A stretch of DNA of 64,000 bases from an uncultured virus (IMG/VR IMGVR_UViG_3300048609_000040). Lineage: Duplodnaviria > Heunggongvirae > Uroviricota > Caudoviricetes. This document shows, piece by piece, positions 41,579-51,588 of this stretch; position 1 is the first letter of the stretch; every line of letters begins with the position of its first letter. The position numbers and the translations under genes are program-made. The DNA lies in IMG/VR virus record IMGVR_UViG_3300048609_000040. One strand, written 5' to 3'. Under the pieces are notes generated by a model. It made no database searches. It saw only the letters and a program-made list of their open reading frames with translations, and was not told the origin of the DNA.

Positions 41579-42097
41579 TCACTTGATGGGTTGTGGTGGC
41601 CATCCTGCTACAGGCGTAAAAGGAATACCATCATCGTCGACAAGTGGAACTTCAACACCTGCTGCATGTAGTGTGTGTATGTGCATCCCAGCAACAGGAA
41701 TTGAGGCGTAACCACAATTCGCCCTTACAAGCGAATCGATGACGTTGACCTCATCCGTTATGATGGCGATAGCGGTAGGCTCTGATACACCAGCCTCAGT
41801 AAGCACTTTAAACATTCCTGCAATTCTCGTAACACGATCTTCAGCCTTGGCCCAAGGATCACCTGGTAGCGGTCCTGATTCTATGTGCGCGGGCGAGCTT
41901 GTCAGCGGCGGATGGAATTGGAATGCAGTGTTGTCCCCCAGAATATGATCGATCTGGGCCTCGATAGTAGAAATGTCTCGGTCTGTCAGCCAATCTCGTA
42001 GTCGTCGTGCGACTCGCTCAGGCAGCAGTGGCAGGATTTTCCGTATCCGCTCTGGTAGCAGGTGGTCGTCGGTCGGGTTGCCGGTATATTTGTACAC
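41579..42097 (-). CDS. hypothetical protein
   Basis: GGAGG RBS upstream. Confidence 0.6.
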   Translation of the reverse strand: MYKYTGNPTDDHLLPERIRKILPLLPERVARRLRDWLTDRDISTIEAQIDHILGDNTAFQFHPPLTSSPAHIESGPLPGDPWAKAEDRVTRIAGMFKVLTEAGVSEPTAIAIITDEVNVIDSLVRANCGYASIPVAGMHIHTLHAAGVEVPLVDDDGIPFTPVAGWPPQPIK

Positions 42098-42117
42098 TTA
42101 CACCTCCACCACAAGTA

Positions 42118-42879
42118 TTACCACATAGGTGTGACAGGTGTTTGTTGCGTACGCCAAACAGGTTCGATGTAAACAGCTGTTGTATATGCCACTCCAAGCC
42201 CTACTGCGAGCGCGAGAGCAGCAAAAAGCGGGACTGGCATTCTCTTAGTCGTGGTTGTTGCTAGTGCTAGCACTTGTTGAACGTAGTGCAGTATGGCAAG
42301 CCATTCGGCGTTGATTTTCTCTGGTGTGTCTGTGTACCAACCATCACGGCCAAGTTGTGCCATGTAGTCAAGGTCGCCGCTGCGAAGTTTCTTGGCGGCG
42401 TTGGCATATCGAGAACCCTCGCGTGTGAGCATTTTCAGGTGGTCAGAGACCACACCGTCGTAGCTCTCGTAGACGCGCCAGATGGCCCACTCCCGATACG
42501 GTACACCGTTTTCGTACTCGGTGGTCATAGACCGTATGACAGGACCAGGCCATGTTTCCTTGTTAGTGCCTTTGATCCCGAAAGCGTTGTGTACGTATCT
42601 TGACAAAATGGAACGCCCGTAGCCGGTTGATAGTGCAGCATGCGCTGTCACGAAGGCGTCGGTTGGACGAGGTTTGAGCCCGTATTTCGGAGCCACGCGA
42701 CGGACAGCGCGAGCGAACTCAACAATCCACTGATCCCGTTTACCGTCACGTATCCAACGATCACGTCCATCTGCTGCGAGATACGGATCAGCTACTCGTG
42801 CTTTTTCAATTAGCGCTTCCAGCGCATCGTCAACTCGTGGGTCGCTTGGAGGCGTTGGAGAGTAGCCAAAAACAATCAT
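42118..42879 (-). CDS. GH73/FlgJ-like glucosaminidase/muramidase with C-terminal TM
   Basis: HNAFGIKG, TTEY, WRVYESY and GWYTD motifs; the ALESGWG position reads ALSTGYG. Confidence 0.8.
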   Translation of the reverse strand: MIVFGYSPTPPSDPRVDDALEALIEKARVADPYLAADGRDRWIRDGKRDQWIVEFARAVRRVAPKYGLKPRPTDAFVTAHAALSTGYGRSILSRYVHNAFGIKGTNKETWPGPVIRSMTTEYENGVPYREWAIWRVYESYDGVVSDHLKMLTREGSRYANAAKKLRSGDLDYMAQLGRDGWYTDTPEKINAEWLAILHYVQQVLALATTTTKRMPVPLFAALALAVGLGVAYTTAVYIEPVWRTQQTPVTPMW

Positions 42880-43035
42880 AAATTACACAACCTTCAGCTA
42901 GCTTGTACGCATGCTCCAATCTACCACAAATACACGTCTCGTTCGTGGTTATCCCTTTGATCACAGCTACGATCTCGTGGTAGGTTTGGGAAACCACACG
43001 GACTTTTGTCCGAGACCACCAACTGTGAGGCACCC

Positions 43036-43767
43036 ATGATCGTTATCCAAGGAATCAACGGCCGTGCTCTTGGACAAGAAAGTACTGTAGGCATGTTGCA
43101 GCAACGTGTTGACTTCAACTGCAAGACCGCCTGCTGGGGAATTGGAGCAGCTCGGCACAGCCTGTTCAAAGATCTTCAAGCTGCCCTCAATCGCTATTCA
43201 GGCACCCTCAAGGTGCAGTATGGCGGCAGTTCATATGCTGCTACAACCTTTGAACCAATTGTTGATGACGGATTCATCGGGCCGTCAACAGTCGCAGCAG
43301 CACAAAAAGCACAACAAGTGCTCGCGTCTGTGTTGCCAAGCGGCAATGTTGTCGACGCGGCAAAAGTTGCGAGCAAGGAAGCAATCGCTGCCAACGCACC
43401 GATGTTGGTAACTTGGTTCAAAGCTGGCGCAACCACACTGGGATTGTCTGCCGTAGCCGCGCCCTCAAAACCCCCAACAGTTGCTGAAAAAGACGCGCAT
43501 GACGAGGCTGCTGCGGGACAACAGGAAGATGGTGGTGGCGGTGAGGGTGGTGGCGGCTGGATGTGGTGGGTGTTGGGTATCGTCGCCGTCGCAGGCATCG
43601 GAACAGTCGGCTACTTGACCTGGAAACGTAACCAGGCCGGTGGCTACGAAGAAGACGACTACTCAGAAGGTCCCGTGAGAAGCGTAGCAGGCCCACGCAT
43701 ACGGCACAGCGCTGCCCACATGGCAGGCCCGCGTATGAGCTACGCTCGTCGTGCAGCACGGTACTAA
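43036..43767 (+). CDS. PG-binding-like, tail-anchored membrane protein (paralog family)
   Basis: FKDLQAALN...DDGFIGPST; C-terminal TM. Confidence 0.65.
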   Translation: MIVIQGINGRALGQESTVGMLQQRVDFNCKTACWGIGAARHSLFKDLQAALNRYSGTLKVQYGGSSYAATTFEPIVDDGFIGPSTVAAAQKAQQVLASVLPSGNVVDAAKVASKEAIAANAPMLVTWFKAGATTLGLSAVAAPSKPPTVAEKDAHDEAAAGQQEDGGGGEGGGGWMWWVLGIVAVAGIGTVGYLTWKRNQAGGYEEDDYSEGPVRSVAGPRIRHSAAHMAGPRMSYARRAARY

Positions 43768-43802
43768 GCGTGTAGAAGCTGTAATCACAGCGAGGTTGCA
43801 GA

Positions 43803-44426
43803 ATGCTCACAGTTGAAGGCGTCTATGGTTTTAGCGGCCTTGGTTTTGTGAAAGGCGTAGACTTTTCCTGCACCAACGTCTCGCCTAGCGTGTATCGCTG
43901 TGTGGCGAAGATTGGAAGTGGCGCCTTAGCAGTCTACAAAGATCTGCAAGCGACGGTCGCGGCGATTTCGGCGCAGATGAGTGCTGCAAAAGTACTGAGC
44001 ATGCCTTCGCAACTAGCGGCGCTAGAAATCGATGGGCAACCAGGAAACACTACAGCCATCGGGGTTCTGTTTATCGGGGCTGCCTTCCTAGCAGCAGTCC
44101 CGCCAACTGATCCCGTTCTCATAGATGCATTGACGTCCAGTGGAGACGCCAAAGCAGACATCGAAAAGATAGCTGCTAACGCCGCTGAGATCACAGCCTA
44201 CTTCAAAGATGTACTAGTCAACCATCCTGAAGCTCTGCGACCACCGCCACAAGTGGTCGAGAAGATCATCGAGAAAGAGAAAATCATCCAGAAAGAATTT
44301 GGCACCAAGTTTCGCCCGATTGGCGCCTTGGTGATTACAGCGGCGTTCCTTGGGGCTCTTGGGCTCGCTGCTGCTAGTGCATACTTCTTGAGTCATCCCG
44401 ATGAGGGTGCCAATCAGGAGTTCTAA
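43803..44426 (+). CDS. PG-binding-like, tail-anchored membrane protein (paralog family)
   Basis: YKDLQATV...IDGQPGNTT; C-terminal TM. Confidence 0.6.
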   Translation: MLTVEGVYGFSGLGFVKGVDFSCTNVSPSVYRCVAKIGSGALAVYKDLQATVAAISAQMSAAKVLSMPSQLAALEIDGQPGNTTAIGVLFIGAAFLAAVPPTDPVLIDALTSSGDAKADIEKIAANAAEITAYFKDVLVNHPEALRPPPQVVEKIIEKEKIIQKEFGTKFRPIGALVITAAFLGALGLAAASAYFLSHPDEGANQEF

Positions 44427-44427
44427 G

Positions 44428-45069
44428 ATGTTCAACCTTCAAGGCGGTCCAGCTATTCTGTCTCTTGCCGATCAGCTGAGCGGCAACGGCGCAAACGTCG
44501 AGAGCCAGCTCGATGTGAATCCGTTTCTAGAAAAGCATTGTTCACGGTTCAACACTGGGACGTCCTGCAAAGCGGATACGGCTGATGGAGTGGCTCTCTT
44601 TGAGGGTGTCCAACGCGCAATTAACGCAGCCAGTACAGAATTAGTATTACAAATTGAGGAATTGGAAATCGATGGGATTATCGGGCCAAAAACCGCTGAC
44701 GTAGCCTATTCCGTGTTGAAGGCGGTTGGACCAGAAGATCCGAACGCCAAAGTATGGCTCGAAGATCCTCGAAGCGCGGCGTTTGAATCGATGGCCCCGC
44801 TTTTAGCATCTCAACCACAGTTTGCCCATGACACTTTCAGTGCAATTGCTTTCGCTGCGGAGACAAGCAAAATACGCGACGATGTTGAAAAAACGTCGCC
44901 AGATACACCGGTATCGCCTCCACCCGTAACCGTAACCGTACCGTCACCGCCAGTAATTCCTCCTAAAGTGTTCTGGACGCGGCGGAAGAAGATCATCGCG
45001 GTTGTTGGTATTAGCGCAGTAGTTGTTGGGGTTATTGGGCTGCTACTTTGGAGAGGAAACAATGGCTAG
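44428..45069 (+). CDS. PG-binding-like, tail-anchored membrane protein (paralog family)
   Basis: FEGVQRAIN...IDGIIGPKT; Pro-rich linker and C-terminal TM. Confidence 0.65.
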   Translation: MFNLQGGPAILSLADQLSGNGANVESQLDVNPFLEKHCSRFNTGTSCKADTADGVALFEGVQRAINAASTELVLQIEELEIDGIIGPKTADVAYSVLKAVGPEDPNAKVWLEDPRSAAFESMAPLLASQPQFAHDTFSAIAFAAETSKIRDDVEKTSPDTPVSPPPVTVTVPSPPVIPPKVFWTRRKKIIAVVGISAVVVGVIGLLLWRGNNG

Positions 45070-45409
45070 GAAAAAAGAGATTTTATCGACGTTTGCTCTG
45101 CATCCTCGAAGTGGTGGCATACCTATACCGAAGAGTGATGTTGAGTTTTGTACTAAACGAGGTCGCTACGACGTGACCGCGCGTGTTCGGCGCGTAATAG
45201 GACTAGGCCCCTTTGCCACAACGTTACCCAAAGACCTTTCGTTAGAAACAGTAGTCGACGGTCGCCGTGTCGTAATCAAGAAGAGCGGTAAGACCGGTGA
45301 GAAAAAGCACCGCATGTTTATCGAGACGAACAGCGGGAAGCTTGTACCTACGGGACGACTGCATCAAGCTGTGTGTAGTCCAGAGCGACGCTACCGACGC
45401 CACTCCTAG
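45062..45409 (+). CDS. basic hypothetical protein
   Basis: GAGGA RBS; overlaps the upstream stop. Confidence 0.6.
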   Translation: MARKKEILSTFALHPRSGGIPIPKSDVEFCTKRGRYDVTARVRRVIGLGPFATTLPKDLSLETVVDGRRVVIKKSGKTGEKKHRMFIETNSGKLVPTGRLHQAVCSPERRYRRHS

Positions 45410-45452
45410 TGCAACCAAGTTTGTCACTACGGTGTGCTAAGAGTCAGATCAC

Positions 45453-46004
45453 GTGCAGCAAAGAAGACTAACAACAGCGGCAAAACGTCGCTTGGCTGCA
45501 CGCCGTGCGGCGAAGAAGAAGTATCAAAACGACCTTGAACGTATGCAACGCCTCGGGGTGGCTTTGCGGCGCAAACTGTCCATTCCCCCCCGATCAGCAA
45601 GTGTAGTAGAGCACCCCGAGGCGGTCCTCTCACAACCCGAAGTTTTGGCGACAGCCCCTGTCGAGCTTTACGGATCATTTGCCGAAGCACGTGCGGCTGC
45701 TGCAACCGTACGACACCAAGAGCTTCTAGCCGAGCTACAGGGACGGTCGAGCAGTTCTGGAATTGGTCTGGGCCTTGCCATCGGGTTGTCTGTCGTAGCC
45801 GTTCTAGGACTGGGAGTTCTTCTCTGCTACGTCCTGTTCCGTCCAAAAGAAACTGCTGGGCTGGCCGCCGCTCCTGTTGTCTATCAGCTTCCATCAATGA
45901 TTGCTCCGACGGTCCTGCCGTCTACGCCTGCACCGCCCACCAAACCTATCGAAAGCGCTGCCGAGGCGATTCTTGAATACTTCAAGAACGCCAAAAAATC
46001 CTAA
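45453..46004 (+). CDS. membrane protein
   Basis: Basic N-terminus, TM segment, Pro-rich tail. Confidence 0.6.
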   Translation: MQQRRLTTAAKRRLAARRAAKKKYQNDLERMQRLGVALRRKLSIPPRSASVVEHPEAVLSQPEVLATAPVELYGSFAEARAAAATVRHQELLAELQGRSSSSGIGLGLAIGLSVVAVLGLGVLLCYVLFRPKETAGLAAAPVVYQLPSMIAPTVLPSTPAPPTKPIESAAEAILEYFKNAKKS

Positions 46005-46018
46005 TCGGAGATGTTTTC

Positions 46019-46444
46019 ATGCGTACTCAGCTAGCCTTGCCGGTCGTTGTCGTCTGTTGTCTTCTAGCGTCTTGTGGACCTAGCGCAAAGCAACGCACGT
46101 TGCGTACGACACTTGTCGGACTCAACGCTGCCCGTGACGGCTTCGTTGCTTGGGATTATGCCCATCAGCAAGCGATCGTAGATGATGCTACCAGCCTTGA
46201 AGACGGTAAGGCCAAGCTCAAGGAATACCGCCAGAAACGAGAGAAGGTACTCGTCTCGTTCGAGATCGCCTATCGGGCTCTTGCAGTTGGCGCACTAGAC
46301 ATGTCGGTTGCCAACATAGGTGAAGCGTTGCGTGCCGCTGATGACCTCTATGCTGCTGTCAAAGACTTGAAGGCTGCGTTGACGGATAAGCCAGTAGACG
46401 CGCTTGTACCAGCAACGGCACTACCTGCACTAACAAATCCGTAA
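46019..46444 (+). CDS. lipoprotein
   Basis: Signal peptide and LLASC lipobox; helical body. Confidence 0.7.
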   Translation: MRTQLALPVVVVCCLLASCGPSAKQRTLRTTLVGLNAARDGFVAWDYAHQQAIVDDATSLEDGKAKLKEYRQKREKVLVSFEIAYRALAVGALDMSVANIGEALRAADDLYAAVKDLKAALTDKPVDALVPATALPALTNP

Positions 46445-46449
46445 CATCT

Positions 46450-46974
46450 ATGAGTACTGACGTTCCTCGGGACAACTACTTCTGTCGCATACGCGGCACG
46501 TTCCCAGGATCCGATACCGGACCGTCTTACTGTACGCCCAACACAACACAGGCGGCAGACCGGTTTCGTTTGTTCAAACAGTTTGTGAATGGTGCTGCCA
46601 AAGCGATGGTGGTGCCGCACGATGTCGACGCAACCAATGCGAACATCGACGAGGCTACCTACCGACTCATCATTCTCGTCACACAACGTCTTGTCGATTT
46701 ACTGCAACGCCGACAGAAAGCTGTTCCTGAACTAGCAGACAAGCTTGCCACTGCTAACTCTGACAATTTTCAGTTGTTGGCTGACAATCTGGCCGATGTG
46801 GAGTTGTTGGTAGAAAAGATCAGTAATAGCGAGTTTGGCTTGTGGGTACCTCCACCCAAAGTCAAATATAGGCTTCAACGCGGCGGGTTGGTGGTCATAT
46901 TTGGAGTGGGTCTACTTTTCTCTGTGGCTTTGCTGTTGATACCTAAGGAGTTGACCTCATGGGACTCGAACTAG
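46450..46974 (+). CDS. tail-anchored membrane protein
   Basis: C-terminal TM. Confidence 0.6.
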   Translation: MSTDVPRDNYFCRIRGTFPGSDTGPSYCTPNTTQAADRFRLFKQFVNGAAKAMVVPHDVDATNANIDEATYRLIILVTQRLVDLLQRRQKAVPELADKLATANSDNFQLLADNLADVELLVEKISNSEFGLWVPPPKVKYRLQRGGLVVIFGVGLLFSVALLLIPKELTSWDSN

Positions 46975-47267
46975 CTAAATTTGACATTGGAAAATTCGAT
47001 CCGAGTGATGCAGACGAATTTGTCGAGACTGCTCTCGTTGGACTCTCTGCAATCAGCACCATACTCGGAGCTGGCACAGCAGGATCGGTGATTACTGGCG
47101 TCGTAGCAGTAATCCAATCGATTCTACAGTCTCTCCAAGCCGCTTATGACGGCAAGGTACCGTTCGAGCAGGTACGTGCCGAGTTCGAGAAGCTTGTGGC
47201 CAGCATCAACACCAACGATGCATTGATCGACACAGCTCTCGACGACAAGTTCAAAGCCAAAGACTGA
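46959..47267 (+). CDS. membrane-associated hypothetical protein
   Basis: AAGGAG RBS; hydrophobic hairpin. Confidence 0.65.
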   Translation: MGLELAKFDIGKFDPSDADEFVETALVGLSAISTILGAGTAGSVITGVVAVIQSILQSLQAAYDGKVPFEQVRAEFEKLVASINTNDALIDTALDDKFKAKD

Positions 47268-47390
47268 TCGTAAATACGATCACACCATCTGTTCTCCTTC
47301 GATCGTTACTACGATCGTTGATCCAACGTTTCAATCTCGTGTATGCTGCAACTACGGGGATGACCCCGGGTACAGCTTAAGGAGAACATC

Positions 47391-47861
47391 ATGGCACTTA
47401 CAGCAGCTCTAGTTGAAAGCACCGCCAACCGTCTTCGTTATCTGCTCACCAACGTCTCGCCGCCGACTACCACAGTGACGATCCCCAACGACGGTGGTGT
47501 GACACCTGACCTGCTCACGGATCTCGCAACCGATCCTTCTGGACCGTTGCGTCGGATCATTCGTGCGCGTCTCGATGGTATCGGCACCATCGCGGCAGCC
47601 ACACCGCTGACTCAGGCACAGGCGCGGGACATCCTGAATGACGACGGCACGGCCACGGTAGGCAACAACAACGTCCCTCGCGCAATCTGCACCGTCACCG
47701 GCCGCACCGTAGGTCTCAACGGTCTTGTTCCGCCGTGGGCGGTAGACGTCAACGTTGACGGTGGTGGTGACCCCGTCATCGTGGTTCGTACCCTGGGCGC
47801 GAACTACTCTGGTGCCACCGCGTATCTGGACGTTCACGTTCAGCACTCGATCGTCCGGTAA
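47391..47861 (+). CDS. probable abundant structural protein
   Basis: TAAGGAG RBS; upstream TATGCT box and hairpin; strongly biased codons. Confidence 0.65.
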   Translation: MALTAALVESTANRLRYLLTNVSPPTTTVTIPNDGGVTPDLLTDLATDPSGPLRRIIRARLDGIGTIAAATPLTQAQARDILNDDGTATVGNNNVPRAICTVTGRTVGLNGLVPPWAVDVNVDGGGDPVIVVRTLGANYSGATAYLDVHVQHSIVR

Positions 47862-47873
47862 CCGGTTGGGGCG

Positions 47874-48242
47874 ATGCTGACGGCTGTGCGGCTAGGTGCT
47901 GTTGAGGCGCAGGATGTTGTAGACCTCCTGCCGGCACTCATCAATGCAAGCACAGCGGTGTCTACAGCTGTGGGGACGATGTCGACGACGGTAACGGGCG
48001 CGATGGATCACGTCACGACCGCCGTCGACCGTCTCGCAGCACTTCCAGCACAATTCGTCAGGGAAGCCCGAACAGGTGTTCAAGACGTCGGTTACGTGGC
48101 TGGGAAGAGCTTTGGGCGTGGCGTTGGTTGGGGCCTGCTGCCGTCAGTGCTTATCGGCACGGGCATCATTCTGACGGGTTTGCTTGCGTATCGCTACGCA
48201 GCCGTACGTGTTGAGAAACGCGCCGAGCTTGTTCCTATCTAG
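47874..48242 (+). CDS. tail-anchored membrane protein
   Basis: C-terminal TM. Confidence 0.6.
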   Translation: MLTAVRLGAVEAQDVVDLLPALINASTAVSTAVGTMSTTVTGAMDHVTTAVDRLAALPAQFVREARTGVQDVGYVAGKSFGRGVGWGLLPSVLIGTGIILTGLLAYRYAAVRVEKRAELVPI

Positions 48243-48307
48243 TCAAAGCCTTACAAAACACTGCAAAAACAGCTTGTGTACAGCTAGCTACAAGCTATGC
48301 TAGCGGT

Positions 48308-48778
48308 ATGAAGTCGCGCGTAGTTTTCAAAGATGTTCTTACTGGCTGGACAGCCGAAGGCCCAAGTCACGGCGCAGTCCTTTCTATTGGTCTTCGTGTT
48401 GGCAAAAAACGAAAAGGCGCAATTCTACAGCGCGTGGGCGAAGTCATCGGTCCTGACGTCGCGACAAAAGAGCTTATTGCACTTCGTACACGTCAAGTTG
48501 GTAGAAAGGCTGCGGCAGCAACAATCACACGGTGCGAAGGACGGTGGATGGACCAGCCCGAACCGACGCTTGTATGTGAGATCAAATTCTTTCCATCCCC
48601 ACGAGAAACACATACAACAAGTTTTGAACGTCATGTGAGCATGCTTGCTGAAAAACTCGCAGAGCGTCTGGGACAACAAGAAGTCATTGTCGAAATGAAC
48701 GGACAAACGTATCGGGCTAATGCCCCAAACGAGCGTGGCCCTAAACCTCTTCGGCCGCACGGAAAGCGGATTCGATGA
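48308..48778 (+). CDS. hypothetical protein
   Basis: TATGCT 6 nt before the ATG; LGQQEVIV motif. Confidence 0.65.
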   Translation: MKSRVVFKDVLTGWTAEGPSHGAVLSIGLRVGKKRKGAILQRVGEVIGPDVATKELIALRTRQVGRKAAAATITRCEGRWMDQPEPTLVCEIKFFPSPRETHTTSFERHVSMLAEKLAERLGQQEVIVEMNGQTYRANAPNERGPKPLRPHGKRIR

Positions 48779-49014
48779 AGCGAGAACGTGTCTTATTTGT
48801 GCGCCTCTCTGACGACGAGCAGGAAATCATTACCACAGCAGCGCGTATGCGTGGCTTGCCCGCCGCTGTGTATACGCGGATGGTACTTCTCGATGCTGCA
48901 CGAGATTTACAAGCGTCAAAGCCACGAGGTAAAAATGGGAGACATTCGCAAGTTCGGGCACTTTCGGCCGCGCAAGACACCGGTTGTTGTGCACGCGGCA
49001 ACACTCAACAGTAG
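48775..49014 (+). CDS. ribbon-helix-helix (MobC/CopG-like) DNA-binding protein
   Basis: LFVRLSDDEQEIITTAARMRGLPAAVYTRMVLL. Confidence 0.7.
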   Translation: MKRERVLFVRLSDDEQEIITTAARMRGLPAAVYTRMVLLDAARDLQASKPRGKNGRHSQVRALSAAQDTGCCARGNTQQ

Positions 49015-49458
49015 GTTCGTGCTGCCGAGAGGGCAGTGAGGTCAGCGTGACATCGATCGCAGCCGCGAACCACGGCGGTGGCCTCGATCTCGATCTCGAC
49101 CCGCCCCCGCCAGCGTCGGTGCCGCCAGTGGCAGCTCTGGGCCTGGGTGATAGTGGCGACCTCGGCAACGGCTGACGCGTTGTCATCGCCGATCAGTCGG
49201 CGAAGGCTGGCCGCCGTGGCTTGGCCTTGTGCGCAACTACGGGACAAGCACATCGTCGATTCGACGCTAGAGGCACGATGGTCGCCGAGGATAGAGAAGC
49301 GGCGGATTCCGATCATGCTCCCTGGAGACGGACAGCGCCCCGCGCCTCATGCAACAATGATGAGCCGATGGTCGATGTGAGCGAGGAGATAGAGCGTGAG
49401 CTTCAGACACTGAAGGACGATCTAGCGGCGCCTCCCGAGAGCCTCTCGGACCAACGAC

Positions 49459-49899
49459 TTGACGAGGAGATCTCGATCATCGTTTAACAAGCACGATTCC
49501 CACAAGCAGAAGGAAGCTGCGCTCACAGAAATGAAGTCGGCGCAGAGCGAACTCGCAAGTGCCCACAACGAGCGAAACCAGAAGACGAAGCAGGACATTC
49601 AGGCGACTTTCGGGTTCGGATTGGTCGCCCTCGGGGGACTATTGTGTCCGCCGCTGGCAGCAGCAGGACTGGGGGCAGTGTACTTTGGTGCTCGCTCGTC
49701 CCATCGTGGCGTAGTCGATTCCAAAAGAGAGACCGATGCCCAAGAGCAGATCGCAGCTATCCGCTTGCGACTTGACGACGAGGAGAGTCTCTTCCGCCAG
49801 CTCGACATCCGGCTGGATTTGCTGCGCAACGAGAAGGAGCGTCGATTGGGACTGCGCCAAGAGGCTCAAGCTAGAGGGATCAGTGACTTAGACACCTGA
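49459..49899 (+). CDS. coiled-coil membrane protein (start uncertain)
   Basis: Hydrophobic hairpin between coiled coils; GC-rich segment. Confidence 0.5.
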   Translation: MTRRSRSSFNKHDSHKQKEAALTEMKSAQSELASAHNERNQKTKQDIQATFGFGLVALGGLLCPPLAAAGLGAVYFGARSSHRGVVDSKRETDAQEQIAAIRLRLDDEESLFRQLDIRLDLLRNEKERRLGLRQEAQARGISDLDT

Positions 49900-49979
49900 G
49901 CTGGGGACCGCGAGGACAACATGCTTGTCGCAAACAACGGGATTGATGGCATACTTGAGACAGAAGCCTGGGAGCGTCG

Positions 49980-50372
49980 ATGACTAATGGAAGTGGTGTG
50001 CCTGCCCTTCGTAGCTCCTCCTCGCTTTCTAACAGCTCGATTCCGAGTGCAGAATGGTATGTACGGAGGCTTGCTCGCGACGGTGCGGTTAGCGGCGTTG
50101 GTGGGGTACTTCTAGGCCTTCTAGTCCTAGGTGCTCTTGTCTGGGGTGGTGTGTCTGTAGCTCTAGGAATGGGCTTTGGGGCGGCGATTGGTGTTGCTAC
50201 TGGATTTGGAGTGGGCATGTGCACCAGTCGGGCCTTTCATCGCAAGCACGCAGAGGAGCTGGCACTGCAGGGTGAACTGCGAGTTCAGCAGCTTGAGCGA
50301 ATCCGTTGCGCTAGGCGTGCGTTGTCAAAAAAGCCATCCAGGACTCAGAGCACGGCTTTGATCGGCGGCTGA
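49980..50372 (+). CDS. membrane protein with Gly-rich TM hairpin
   Basis: GGAG RBS; two TM segments. Confidence 0.55.
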   Translation: MTNGSGVPALRSSSSLSNSSIPSAEWYVRRLARDGAVSGVGGVLLGLLVLGALVWGGVSVALGMGFGAAIGVATGFGVGMCTSRAFHRKHAEELALQGELRVQQLERIRCARRALSKKPSRTQSTALIGG

Positions 50373-50726
50373 CAAGACCCGGCAGGGACATCGATCTCGG
50401 CCACAGCGACGTGACCCTCGGGCTCGACCTCGACCGGATCAGTGCCGGGATCCGCGACGACTGACCTCGTAGATACCAGCCCCAGCCAGGAAGATCGCTG
50501 TCCCGATGCCGCCTTCGACGACCAAGGGCAGGTCGGCCACGGCTGCGAACGTCAGGGCCAGGATGAAGCCCAGGGCGGCCGCGAGGATCCCGACCCGTCG
50601 AGGCACGCGCAAGGAGTGGCTGCGTTCGGTGTGGGAGGAGCCGGCTGAGCAGTTAGCTTTACCGCAACTCGTCGCGGAAAGAAACTTCGAGGCGCAGCGC
50701 TTGTTGACAGTGGTGCAGCTACTACA

Positions 50727-51167
50727 ATGTTTGGCCTACATGATGCTTGTCGGCTCGGGCTAAACTTAGAGAAGGCACCCAAAGTAGATCGAGAAACCGC
50801 TGGCGGATTGTTGCTTACCGGTCTTCGACTTACAGGTGTACACGTAGAAGCAAACGGTCGAAAGGCTATACTAGACGACGTTTTTGTACCTATTGCGCAA
50901 GTTGTCAAGGTTCGCGATAAGACAGGTAAGATCAACACGAAAACTAAAGCAGTTGTGCGAGATCAGGAACCCTTGCTAGGACAAGACTTTCTGCAAGCGT
51001 CAGGATCTTTCCTTGATTTCGCTACGGACAGTTTGCGTGGTGTCGAGTCTCTCGGACCACCTATACGCCTCACACGGAAGTTTCGTGTTCGCCCAGCCTC
51101 ACGTAGAAGCCTAGAACTGATTCGTGCGCTGGCTAGTTGTCCGACGCGAAAACAACGCAAAAAGTAA
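50727..51167 (+). CDS. degenerate aspartyl-protease-like paralog of 40679..41182
   Basis: Shares the LLGQDFL...LDF and C-terminal CP+basic pattern but has no DTG motif. Confidence 0.45.
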   Translation: MFGLHDACRLGLNLEKAPKVDRETAGGLLLTGLRLTGVHVEANGRKAILDDVFVPIAQVVKVRDKTGKINTKTKAVVRDQEPLLGQDFLQASGSFLDFATDSLRGVESLGPPIRLTRKFRVRPASRRSLELIRALASCPTRKQRKK

Positions 51168-51172
51168 CGCAG

Positions 51173-51586
51173 TTATTTGTATGATCGCCGTGCCCACACG
51201 AGGGCAACCGGTGGTGAGGCAGGCCACAACCATTCAGGTACAGCAGCCGGCTTGTAGGATACAGCGGCAACGTAGGCAAAAGCCTTTCCAAGAGGCCCCG
51301 CGGCTGCGGCAACACCAGCCGTGTCATAAATCACTCCGCGAAAAGCGTGACGTATAGATTCGATGTTGAGGGCTAGTTCCATTGTTGTCATTACTGTTTT
51401 CGGTCCGATTTTGCCGTCCACAACAAGCTTATCTATATACAAGCCGAGTTTGGGGTTTATCGGTCCCGTGTCTGTAACACGACTAGCATCGAGAACATCG
51501 TTGATGGCTCGTTGTAGGCCCTTGAAGATGCCTACCTGCGCCAAGTCTCTAGGAAGACAAATATCGTTCTTGCAGATGTAGCTCAT
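51173..51586 (-). CDS. PG-binding-like protein (paralog family)
   Basis: FKGLQRAIN...VDGKIGPKT; C-terminal PEWLWPASP...WARR. Confidence 0.65.
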   Translation of the reverse strand: MSYICKNDICLPRDLAQVGIFKGLQRAINDVLDASRVTDTGPINPKLGLYIDKLVVDGKIGPKTVMTTMELALNIESIRHAFRGVIYDTAGVAAAAGPLGKAFAYVAAVSYKPAAVPEWLWPASPPVALVWARRSYK

Positions 51587-51588
51587 TG

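Noticed and set aside
49040..50650. GC-rich patches with similar GACATCGATC...CTCGACC stretches as a mobile element
   Set aside because: No transposase, terminal inverted repeats or target duplication seen; the similarity is short and low-complexity
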